DNA from: Candidatus Poribacteria bacterium
GTDB taxonomy: Bacteria; Poribacteria; WGA-4E; WGA-3G
Assembly: GCA_965215265.1 (NCBI GenBank)
Contig: OZ244048.1
Span: 3,680,001 to 3,744,000 of the forward strand
Direction of reading: 5' to 3'
DNA length: 64,000 nucleotides
Shown here: in pieces, positions 33,807-43,046 of the stretch
How the letters are laid out: the number at the start of each line of letters is the position of its first letter
How positions within the stretch are numbered: position 1 is the first letter of the stretch
Position numbers and translations under genes: made by a program
Notes under the pieces: generated by a model
Seen by the model: only the letters and a program-made list of their open reading frames with translations
Database searches by the model: none
What the model was told of the DNA's origin: nothing

Positions 33807-34142
33807 TTACGAACGTTTTTCTTCTTTATATCTCTCAATTTCTGCTTCCACATCCGTTATAGCACTGTTTTCAAGTCGCTGGATGATCTGCGCTGTTTCT
33901 TGAAAAAGCGCGGTACGTAGTTCGTTGTAATCCGCTTTCGAGAGTTTCCCTGTTTCATAATCTTCATCGAGTTCTTCCAAGGCGGTGTCCAAGGCGGCGT
34001 AAATGTGCTGGCGTTCTTGATGAAGCACTGCCTTATCCGGATGGGTTTCAACGAAGTCTGTTGGCATTTTCGCGAAAATAGGATAGGCAAGATAGACGAG
34101 TAACGCAATGCCAAGAATTATCACCCATAAAAGAACCAACAT
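33807..34142 (-). CDS. CcmI-like cytochrome c biogenesis protein
   Basis: TM followed by LEELDEDYETGKLSKADYNELR; sits in the ccm operon. Confidence 0.6.
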   Translation of the reverse strand: MLVLLWVIILGIALLVYLAYPIFAKMPTDFVETHPDKAVLHQERQHIYAALDTALEELDEDYETGKLSKADYNELRTALFQETAQIIQRLENSAITDVEAEIERYKEEKRS

Positions 34143-34209
34143 ACAAATTTCCTCTTAATCTAATAAACTTGACAGACCTGTTTTTTCCCCCAAGATAATC
34201 ACTAAAAAA

Positions 34210-34704
34210 CTAACGTTGCCTCTTGTATTTTTCCAATTCTGATTCAATCTGTTTAATAGTTTCATGAGATGGGGTGGAATCCGCTGTGTCCCCTTGATCA
34301 GCCGGTCGAGAATGTGTTGTTAGCTTTCGTAGAACGGCGAGGAAAATGCCGCCAATCAGAATAAGAATAACTGCCGGCATGATGTACGCGATTAGATTGA
34401 TGCCTTCTGCAGGCATCAGAGCATAATATTGGGGTCCGTGTTCATCAAGGTAATCTTCAATAATCTGTTCAACAGTCTCGCCTCCGCTCAATCGTTGTCG
34501 GAATTCATTTTCGATTGCTTGTCCCGTCCCACAGTCACAGATCTGGATTGTCATTTTTTCACATCCACAGTAACAATAAACACTTGTCTTCAATTCCTCG
34601 AGCTGGGCATCAAACTGTTTTTCAGCATCCTGTGTAGGCAGCTCGGCGACACCAGTGACGCTGAGCAGTAGGAAGAGAGAGATAACAGAAAATCGCGTTG
34701 TCAT
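34210..34704 (-). CDS. ccmH: cytochrome c biogenesis protein CcmH
   Basis: CYCGC...CDC, GETVEQII..Y...G and a TM; downstream of ccmF. Confidence 0.75.
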   Translation of the reverse strand: MTTRFSVISLFLLLSVTGVAELPTQDAEKQFDAQLEELKTSVYCYCGCEKMTIQICDCGTGQAIENEFRQRLSGGETVEQIIEDYLDEHGPQYYALMPAEGINLIAYIMPAVILILIGGIFLAVLRKLTTHSRPADQGDTADSTPSHETIKQIESELEKYKRQR

Positions 34705-34765
34705 TTATTAGTCCTCATAACTGTGCATACAAGAAAAGAGCCGTAATTATGATAAGACGAGATTG

Positions 34766-36775
34766 CTACTCCTCTCTCGGTTTCGGTTGATGTTTCTCAG
34801 CAAAAGCGATAATACCGCCTAAAACCATCACAGCAACGCCAATCCAGACAATATTGATGAGTGGATTGTAATAGACTTGAACTGGGACAATACCGCCATT
34901 GCCGATATCCGGGGGCAGATCTCCGAGCGCGATATAGAGATCATTCATACCCAAATGGCGAACTGCGGACTCAATGGTGTCTGTTTCGCCTTGTCCGGTC
35001 TTATGATAGTAGTGGCGCGCCGGTATCATCTCGCCGATCGGTTTGCCGTTTTTTTCGACATCAAAAACAACGCCTGCCCGGGAATAGTTTTCTTGTTCCT
35101 CCTGAAACCAATTTCTCATAGTCAGGTCAAACGAACCGACCTTTAAGGAGTCGCCCATTTGCATGCCCGCGGATTCAAGGAGAAAGTAACCTTTAGAGCC
35201 CATAATTCCTATATAGAGAATAACGATGCCGATGTGGACAATATAGCCACCGTATCGCCGTTTATTTCGTCCAATGAGCAGTCTCAAGCCGCTAAAAAAG
35301 GAGGTCTCTTGTCGTTTAGCACGAAGCTTAGCACCGCGATAAAACTCGCTAAAAACGGCTGCAAGCACAAAAGCCCCGGCAAAACTACAGAGGACAGAGT
35401 AAACCGGCAGTGGGTTACCGCGCCAAGCAAGAAATCCCCATGTTAAACCACCAACTACCAAACCGAAGCCGATTGGGGAGACAAACATCCGCTGAAAATT
35501 AGTCGGAGTGAGTTTTTTCCATGAAATAATGGGACCCGCACCTGTCAAAAAGAGGAGCAGTAGACCGGGGATAATAACAACTTTATTGAAAAAAGCCTCC
35601 GGCACTGATGCTTTTTCGCCATTAATTGCCTCTGAGATGATAGGCCATAAAGTACCCCAGAGGATAATCAACGTCAGCCCGACGAACAGCCAATTGTTAA
35701 GAATAAAACTACTCTCGCGCGAGAGCAGGGATTCCAACTGGTTTGCACTTTTAAGTCTTTTCCAACGGTAGCCGATGAGGCCGATGACAATCGCCGTTGA
35801 GACAATTATGAAAGCGAGGAAGTACCAACCGATGTCCGATTGAGCGAATGCATGCACGGACGAAATAATCCCACTTCGGGTGATAAAGGTTCCCAACAGT
35901 GTAAACTGAAATGCTAACGTAATGAGAAGGATATTCCATAACTTGAGCATACTCCGCTTCTCTTGAATCATCACGGAGTGTAGATACGCCGTGCCGAGGA
36001 GCCACGGCATAAAAGAGGCATTTTCAACCGGATCCCATGCCCAATAGCCACCCCAACCGAGTTCTCTATACGCCCAATTGCCGCCAAGCGTTATTCCGAT
36101 TGTCAAGACAATCCATGAGAACAGCATCCACCTACGGGAACGGAGGATCCAATTGCTGCCGATGCGCCCAGAGGCGAGTGCGCCAACCGCGAACGCGAAC
36201 GGAACTGTCATCCCGATCCAACCGATATACAGAGTTGGCGGATGAAATGCCATGCTCGGTGTTTGGAGCAGTGGGTTCATGCCTTGCCCGTCTGGAGCTA
36301 CCTGCCCGCCCGGAAATCTTGCCAGCGGATTATACACACCCTCAATCAGGCCACTGACGAGAATGATGAAAAAAAGTTGGACAATTGCAACGGGAACAAG
36401 CGCGTAATCCGAGAGGTTGTCAGTGGCTTTCCGATTTTGCCAGACAACGATTGCTCCCGCAGCAGTGAGCAGCCAGAGCCAAAATAACAGTGAGCCAGAC
36501 ATTCTGCCCCACAGTGCAGTTACCTTATAGAGGAGTGGTTGGGCCCCACTTGAAACCTCAACCACATACTTCATTGAGAAATCGTCAGTCACAAATCCGT
36601 AGATGAGCGCGCCTGTCGCTGTACTAATAAGAATAAACGTCGCCACGATGGCATTGCGCCCGCTCCGGATGGCGTTGGCATTTCTCTCCGCTAATCCCAC
36701 GCAGAGTAAACCAATTGCCCATAGCCCAGAGAGAATGGAAAGATATATAGCCGCTTGTCCGATTTCGGCTGTCAT
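34766..36775 (-). CDS. ccmF: heme lyase CcmF
   Basis: GMNPLLQ, HPPTLY, WAYRELGWGGYWAWDPVENASFMPW and SVHAF. Confidence 0.95.
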   Translation of the reverse strand: MTAEIGQAAIYLSILSGLWAIGLLCVGLAERNANAIRSGRNAIVATFILISTATGALIYGFVTDDFSMKYVVEVSSGAQPLLYKVTALWGRMSGSLLFWLWLLTAAGAIVVWQNRKATDNLSDYALVPVAIVQLFFIILVSGLIEGVYNPLARFPGGQVAPDGQGMNPLLQTPSMAFHPPTLYIGWIGMTVPFAFAVGALASGRIGSNWILRSRRWMLFSWIVLTIGITLGGNWAYRELGWGGYWAWDPVENASFMPWLLGTAYLHSVMIQEKRSMLKLWNILLITLAFQFTLLGTFITRSGIISSVHAFAQSDIGWYFLAFIIVSTAIVIGLIGYRWKRLKSANQLESLLSRESSFILNNWLFVGLTLIILWGTLWPIISEAINGEKASVPEAFFNKVVIIPGLLLLFLTGAGPIISWKKLTPTNFQRMFVSPIGFGLVVGGLTWGFLAWRGNPLPVYSVLCSFAGAFVLAAVFSEFYRGAKLRAKRQETSFFSGLRLLIGRNKRRYGGYIVHIGIVILYIGIMGSKGYFLLESAGMQMGDSLKVGSFDLTMRNWFQEEQENYSRAGVVFDVEKNGKPIGEMIPARHYYHKTGQGETDTIESAVRHLGMNDLYIALGDLPPDIGNGGIVPVQVYYNPLINIVWIGVAVMVLGGIIAFAEKHQPKPREE

Positions 36776-36895
36776 AGGATAAGTTTTATGCCTCCTCAAT
36801 TTATCGTGGACGTTTTTTATTAGGTGCTACCTTCTCACAAGTACCGCAGGTTTAAAGGAATGGATTTTACCTAACAGTCAAGTGTTCTGGACGTT

Positions 36896-37336
36896 CTAGT
36901 CAGCTTTATAAGAAACGTCTGTATTTGTGTTACCCTCGGCTCCTTCGTATTTAGAAGCACACTTTGTCATCAACTTAGAAGCGACAATCACGTTCTGAGA
37001 AGCGTCGTATCTACCTTCCACAAACACGCTGCCGCCATCGGTAAAATTATCCGGTTTGAGCCGGTCTTTGTAAATGACGTTGACTGTGTCATCACTTTCC
37101 CGGTCACGTACGGCAAAGGTGAGTTCAAAATTGGCAGCATCCCATTTCGTACTCCCCTCTGAAATGAGACCGTCGACCTGAACCCGTTGATTGTTGAGTT
37201 TGTCGGCCTCGGCAACAAGTCCGGCGGGCGTAAAATGGCGCAGACTCGTGTGCCTAATGCCAGCAATGACTAAAAATACCATCGCCAAAAATAGCAGCAC
37301 ACTCGCTACACTAACCTTAATTCTTTGCTGTTTCAC
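36896..37336 (-). CDS. ccmE: heme chaperone CcmE (CxxxY type)
   Basis: N-terminal TM, KPDNF..G..VFVEG and KCASKY; GTG start after GAGGAGG. Confidence 0.88.
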   Translation of the reverse strand: MKQQRIKVSVASVLLFLAMVFLVIAGIRHTSLRHFTPAGLVAEADKLNNQRVQVDGLISEGSTKWDAANFELTFAVRDRESDDTVNVIYKDRLKPDNFTDGGSVFVEGRYDASQNVIVASKLMTKCASKYEGAEGNTNTDVSYKAD

Positions 37337-37584
37337 GTAAGCCTCCTCGATATCACAAGAATTTAGCACTGCAATTAATTATATCATTTATCTATAAAGA
37401 GATGCAAATTTTTTTTATCTCATTGTAGTAGCACGAGAAATTTTTGACGAAATTTACATAAGCTTTATCGCAGCATCAGGGCAGGGAGGATCCAAAACTA
37501 CAAAAAGTCGATTATCCTTGACTTAAAAGTGAATTTCAGTTTAAAATAAGGTTAAATTGAAAAAAGTCAGGGACTCAGAAAACC

Positions 37585-38526
37585 ATGAACCTAAATTGGC
37601 GGAAGCATCCATGGGCAGGCGTGTTTCCTGCAACGTTATGCCCTTTTCATGAAGACGAATCAATTGACGAAGACGGTTTGCGCAACTATATGCAGGAACT
37701 TGCCAACGTCGACGGGATAAAAGGCGTTGTATGTAATGGACATACCGGCGAAATTATGTCACTCCGCCCACACGAACGGCAGCAGGTCACACAAGTTACC
37801 GCTGAAGCCGTCGGGGACAAAGTGAAGGTGGTTTCAGGGGTGAGTGCCGAGGGGAGCCTTCCGGCGATCGACGATGCACTCGCAGCCAAAGAAGCCGGCG
37901 CGGATGCGATCTTGCTCATGCCCGCTCACCATTGGCTCCGTTTCGGACGAACATCTGAAACCGCTGTCGGCTTTTTTGCAGATGTCGCCGACGGGGCAGA
38001 CCTGCCGATCATTGTGCATCAATACCCAGCATGGACAAAAGCAGGCTATACTCTTGAAGAGATGTTAGAAATCGTCAAAATTCCGCAAGTTGTATGCATT
38101 AAGATGGGCACGCGGGACATGGCACGCTGGCGATGGGATTATGAACAATTAAAAATTGCCGCACCGCACATCCCTATCCTTACCTGTCATGATGAATATC
38201 TACTCGCTTCGTTGTTGGAAGGCAGTGACGGTGCCCTGATCGGGTTTGCAGGATTTGTTCCTGAACTGATGGTTGCCGTTGTGCATGCCGCGCTCAACGA
38301 CGATTTGCTCGGGGCACGTAAAGCACGCAAGGAGGTAGACGCTCTGGCACGAATCGTCTACAACTTCGGTGAACCTAGCAGCGACGCGCACCAACGTATG
38401 AAATGCGCGCGGTGGTTAATGGGTAGGTTTCCGTCTATGACGATGCGCCGCCCACTCCGTCAATTGTCTGTAGCAGAAGTTCAGAAGATTAGAACCGAAC
38501 TTGCCGCAATCGGTTATCTGAATTGA
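37585..38526 (+). CDS. dihydrodipicolinate synthase family aldolase
   Basis: CNGHTGE, AKEAGADAILLMP and Schiff-base lysine in CIKMG. Confidence 0.85.
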   Translation: MNLNWRKHPWAGVFPATLCPFHEDESIDEDGLRNYMQELANVDGIKGVVCNGHTGEIMSLRPHERQQVTQVTAEAVGDKVKVVSGVSAEGSLPAIDDALAAKEAGADAILLMPAHHWLRFGRTSETAVGFFADVADGADLPIIVHQYPAWTKAGYTLEEMLEIVKIPQVVCIKMGTRDMARWRWDYEQLKIAAPHIPILTCHDEYLLASLLEGSDGALIGFAGFVPELMVAVVHAALNDDLLGARKARKEVDALARIVYNFGEPSSDAHQRMKCARWLMGRFPSMTMRRPLRQLSVAEVQKIRTELAAIGYLN

Positions 38527-38644
38527 AGAATCACTGTAATTGCACTGATTAGTTATCGTATCAGTAATTCTAAAATCTACAATAATATATCGTAGACTTG
38601 ACAAGGAAATGCATCTAAATATTTTTTCTTCGTAGGAGAGAATC

Positions 38645-39580
38645 ATGAACAAAGAAGTTGTGGATGTTTGGGATGCTTTTCTGAATACGCTTAAAAACCG
38701 TGGACTAGCCGAGCTCAATTGGAAGATTGGTGCCGATGTTCGGGCACAATTAATCGGCTATTTCAAAGAGAAAATAGATGCTGGTGCTTCACTGCCGAAT
38801 CTATTGGATTACATCTATCGTTTTCCTAAAAAAAATGCAGTGGGAACTGCGTGAGTACGCCCAAAATAGACTAAAAACTAATCCGAACAACGGTGCAGCA
38901 GCAAAGTTTTTGGCGATAGATATGGCAGAAACCTATTCACCGGCCCCGGATGAAATGTGGCCGCTTTTAGAGACAGCAATGCGGTTCCTACCAAATGATA
39001 TTGATATCTGCTTTCTGGCGTTTGAAAAATCAGGTTTCGATTTCTTAAAAGAAAAAGCGGTCATTTCGCTTGAAAGGTTATTCGAGCGGCTTAACGGCAT
39101 GGCACACAAGCTCGCTATTGATTGGGTGTGGATGTGCTGTTATGATTATTTTCATGTCACGGCGAGACCTTGCGATTTTCATAAGCACTTTGAGAGCACT
39201 GACCCACTTTTGCCCCGGTGGGAGGCAGTGATGCGTAATATTCAAGTGGTTTTGGAAAAACAGTTGGAATCGACACCGCACGATTGGAATACTATAAGTA
39301 TGCTGCTTGAGCACCACGAGACATTAGGCAATTCTCAAGCGGGGCAATCTGTTTTGGAAAACGCGCAGATTGTTTTTGAGAAACGGTTGGAACGAGACGC
39401 AAACGATTGGGACGGTTTACACGGCTTAGCCAAAGTACATGAAAAATGGTGAAGAGTATTCCGGCACCCTTCTTGCTGGATCGCAATGGCAAGGTTATCT
39501 CCGTGAAAGCGAGAGGGCTTGAGTTTGAGGAATTAGTGGCGGCGGAATTTGATGCCAAAACCGAGTCCATTTCTTTGTAG
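38645..39580 (+). pseudogene. degraded TPR + TlpA/redoxin protein (A8 frameshift plus internal deletion)
   Basis: 38645..38854 joins 38778..39452 if A8 (38828-38835) were A7; 39449..39580 in another frame encodes VKSIPAPFLLDRNGKVISVKARG, a TlpA-like C-terminus with no CxxC core. Confidence 0.55.
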
Positions 39581-39599
39581 TATCGATTCGGAGCAAGTT

Positions 39600-40808
39600 A
39601 TGTTGAAATATGCGTTAATCGGGCATGGACGGCGAGGGGCCGCGCATCTCGCAACGGCGGCAGCGTTAAAGGAGACCTTTGAAGTGGTTGCTGTGTGCGA
39701 TGCACACCGCGAATCCGCGGAATTGGGTGCCGCTAAACTCAATGTAAAAGCCTATACCGATGTACGGAGGCTCGTTGACGAAGCAGCACCGGATATCTGC
39801 GATGTCGTCGTGCCGGCACCGCTTCACCATATTGTCTCCTGCTATCTCTCTCGGTGTGGTATTTCCCATAACGTTGAGACACCGCTTGCTCCGACACTCG
39901 GTTTGATGGATATAATGATAGCAGAGGCCTCACAAAACAGCGTCATACTGCAAACATCGGAGAACTTTCCGTTTGTGCCTATTGAACAGTTTGTGTTGAA
40001 ACTCATTTGTGAGGGCATCATTGGGAAAGTCCACAAGTGTTACCGTCTTTTTTCAACAACCGGCTATCACGGCCTCGCAGCGATACGGTGCCGGATGGCG
40101 GCGGATCCTGTCGCTGTCAGCAGCATTGCGCATACGATGCCGGTAACCCCCTACGTCGATCGGGCAAAGCGCGACTTTCAGTCGGAAAATCTTGAGTTTT
40201 ATGCTGTTGATTTTGACAACGGTGGGCTCGGCATCGCCATGGTAGGCAATAAGAACGGGTGCCTCGGGCGCAATCATCTCGTCGGTTTTGAAACCTGCGG
40301 CGAGCGTGGCACAATTATCACCAATGGCAATCAGGGCACCTCTGGCGGTGAAACTGTCAACGTTTGTACGGATGAAGATATCGTGATGCATGCCGCGAGA
40401 GCGCAAACCTACGAATTTCAGAGAGAATATAGTGAAACGGGGGCGTTGCGGCGTATTTTTGTTGAACTGCCGACATCTTTAGGTGGAACCATCGAATGGC
40501 TGAATCCTTATAGGAATACAAATATAACGGAAGGCGGTGTCTCATTGGCGACGATGCTTGATGGCATCGCACACGCGGTACGCGAAAAAACGGCACCGCT
40601 TTGGACCGGCGAAATGGGTAGGGCTGATCAGGAGATGGTCATCGCTGCACACCGTTCGCGCCGGAACAATCGCCAACCGGTTCAACTCCCCCTTGAACCT
40701 GAACTCGTCGAAGAAGAAGCATTTGACAAGGATTTTGAAATGCGATTCGGTATTCACCCGCGCACAGATATTGAAAAGGCATTACAGGTTAATTTTAAGG
40801 CGCGCTAA
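39600..40808 (+). CDS. Gfo/Idh/MocA family oxidoreductase
   Basis: YALIGHGRRG, VVAVCD and VETPLA (a variant of EKP). Confidence 0.85.
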   Translation: MLKYALIGHGRRGAAHLATAAALKETFEVVAVCDAHRESAELGAAKLNVKAYTDVRRLVDEAAPDICDVVVPAPLHHIVSCYLSRCGISHNVETPLAPTLGLMDIMIAEASQNSVILQTSENFPFVPIEQFVLKLICEGIIGKVHKCYRLFSTTGYHGLAAIRCRMAADPVAVSSIAHTMPVTPYVDRAKRDFQSENLEFYAVDFDNGGLGIAMVGNKNGCLGRNHLVGFETCGERGTIITNGNQGTSGGETVNVCTDEDIVMHAARAQTYEFQREYSETGALRRIFVELPTSLGGTIEWLNPYRNTNITEGGVSLATMLDGIAHAVREKTAPLWTGEMGRADQEMVIAAHRSRRNNRQPVQLPLEPELVEEEAFDKDFEMRFGIHPRTDIEKALQVNFKAR

Positions 40809-40861
40809 AACGATAAACAAGGGTGCCACAACTAGGAAATCCGTTTCGTATAGGAGGTAGG

Positions 40862-41839
40862 ATGAAAGAAGTTAAAATTGCATTTATCGGGTGTGGCGGC
40901 AATGCGAACGGCCACATGAATCAGTTAGCAGGTATAGAAGGTGCACGCATCGTTGCCGTATGCGATGTGCAGCCCGAACGCGCGCACGCCGCTGCGGACA
41001 AACATAACGCGCACCCGTACACAGAACATCGCAAACTCCTTGAACGCGACGACTTGGATGCTGTCTACTTGAGTCTGCCTGTGTTCGCACACGGACAACC
41101 AGAATTGGATGTCATCGCACGCGAATTACCGTTCTTCGTTGAGAAACCCGTGGCCATTAACATGGAAATTGCACGTGAGGTTGAAGCCGCAGTCACAGAA
41201 GCGGGTATTATTACGTGTGTGGGTTATCAGCTCCGCTACCTCGCTTCAACACAGATAGTCCGTCAAATCATCGCAAATACACCTATTAACATGCTGGTCG
41301 GTAAGTATTGGTGCGGTACCGGACGGGGAGACCCCGGCACGTGGCTCCGCCAGATGAACCGATCCGGTGGCCAACTGGTTGAACAAGCAACTCACACAAT
41401 TGATATGATGCGCTATATGGCAGGCGAAGTGGAAACTGTATCCGCGATGCAAGCTACCCGCGTTTTGACTGACACGGATTGTCCCGATGTCAACAGTGTG
41501 ACGCTCCAATTTGCTAGCGGTGCCATCGGCTCATTGACGGCGACGTGGGCATACGATCCGGGCGACTGGTCGAATGCAAATATTCTTGATATTTTCTATG
41601 AAGCGAAGATGCTCCACTGGAGCCCGGCTGCTGCGACAGTGAAAGAAAATGGAGAATGGGTAGATAAAACAGAACCGAGTCCGACAATTGACTCAGTCTT
41701 CGTTGACGCAGTCAGGCGTGGTGATGGTTCAGCAATCCGCAGCCCTTATCGTGACGCTGTCAAAAGCCTTGCGATATCGCTTGGTGCGAACCGATCTGCG
41801 CAGGAAAAACGTCCGGTTTCCATAGCAGAAATTAGCTAA
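40862..41839 (+). CDS. Gfo/Idh/MocA family oxidoreductase
   Basis: IGCGG, VEKPVA and SGGQLVEQATHTID; AGGAGG RBS. Confidence 0.9.
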   Translation: MKEVKIAFIGCGGNANGHMNQLAGIEGARIVAVCDVQPERAHAAADKHNAHPYTEHRKLLERDDLDAVYLSLPVFAHGQPELDVIARELPFFVEKPVAINMEIAREVEAAVTEAGIITCVGYQLRYLASTQIVRQIIANTPINMLVGKYWCGTGRGDPGTWLRQMNRSGGQLVEQATHTIDMMRYMAGEVETVSAMQATRVLTDTDCPDVNSVTLQFASGAIGSLTATWAYDPGDWSNANILDIFYEAKMLHWSPAAATVKENGEWVDKTEPSPTIDSVFVDAVRRGDGSAIRSPYRDAVKSLAISLGANRSAQEKRPVSIAEIS

Positions 41840-41849
41840 AAGGAGCATT

Positions 41850-42839
41850 ATGGCTAAAAAATACCGCGTCGCTATCGTGGGATGTGGCGGCATTTCATAC
41901 GCACACGGAAACGCTTGGAAACAGGTTCCTGAAATTGAAATCGTGGGTGCCTGTGACGAGAAATTTGAGGCGCTCTCCCGGTTTGCCGCAGAATATAACG
42001 TCCAGAATACATACAAAGAACTCCGGCAGATGTTAGAAAAACAGCAACCTGATGTTCTGGTAATTGCAACGTGGCCGTCAAGCCATCTCAAAAATTTACT
42101 TGAGGCGGTTCGGGTTGGGGTGAAGGGAATCCTCGTTGAAAAACCGATTGCTGTTAATACCTCACAACTTGAGCAGATGATCCAAGTGACAAACCGGGCT
42201 AAGATCCGGTTAATGGAAGCGTTTATGTATCGGCACCATCCGTTGACATTGGCGGTGAAACAGAAGATTGAGGACGGGGCTGTCGGCGCAGTACGCTACG
42301 TGCGCTCCACATTTTCAACCGGATTAACAGATCAACGGAATTGGCGACTCCGCGGAGAACTCGGCGGCGGGGCTGTGATGGATTTGGGCTGCTACTGTAT
42401 CAACATCATGCGCTATCTTATGGGGCAAGAACCGCAGGCTGTATGGGCAACCGGGAATTTTGAACCGATTAACAACGTCTGGGAAACCTTGATTGGTACA
42501 TTAGACTTTGGCAACGGCATTACTGGCCAATTAGATTGTAGTTTCGGTTGGACATGGCGCGAATCTTATGAGGTTGCAGGTACAGAGGGAACCCTCTTTG
42601 TTCAAAGTGCCTGGGGAAACAGCGAAGGTAATTCTCATTTCATCGTGAATGGCGACACCGTTGAGGTTACCGGGGTCAATCCGTATGCAGCTGAGATTCT
42701 AAACCTATGCCGTGCTATAGACACAGGGGAGCCGCTACTTCTGCCTATTGAAGATGCACTGGGGAATATGCGCGTTATTGATGCATTGCATCAGTCCGCA
42801 CACACCGGACAGCGTGTTCAAGTTACAGAGCAAGGCTAA
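41850..42839 (+). CDS. Gfo/Idh/MocA family oxidoreductase
   Basis: VGCGGI, VEKPIA, EAFMYRHHP and GGGAVMDLGCY. Confidence 0.9.
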   Translation: MAKKYRVAIVGCGGISYAHGNAWKQVPEIEIVGACDEKFEALSRFAAEYNVQNTYKELRQMLEKQQPDVLVIATWPSSHLKNLLEAVRVGVKGILVEKPIAVNTSQLEQMIQVTNRAKIRLMEAFMYRHHPLTLAVKQKIEDGAVGAVRYVRSTFSTGLTDQRNWRLRGELGGGAVMDLGCYCINIMRYLMGQEPQAVWATGNFEPINNVWETLIGTLDFGNGITGQLDCSFGWTWRESYEVAGTEGTLFVQSAWGNSEGNSHFIVNGDTVEVTGVNPYAAEILNLCRAIDTGEPLLLPIEDALGNMRVIDALHQSAHTGQRVQVTEQG

Positions 42840-43046
42840 ATCTCTATTAACATGTCGTTCCGAATCAATACTATGAATGCCTTGAATCAAAATTAACGCT
42901 ACTTGTGCCCCAATGGCACTAAGCGAGGCGCGAGGCGAGAGTGCATACATGACGACAGCACGCCTACACACCGTGCTTCTCCCACAATATGTGTGAAAAA
43001 GTAAGAGACTATCTCGCTTTAATCGACAAAAGAGGAAAAATGCATC

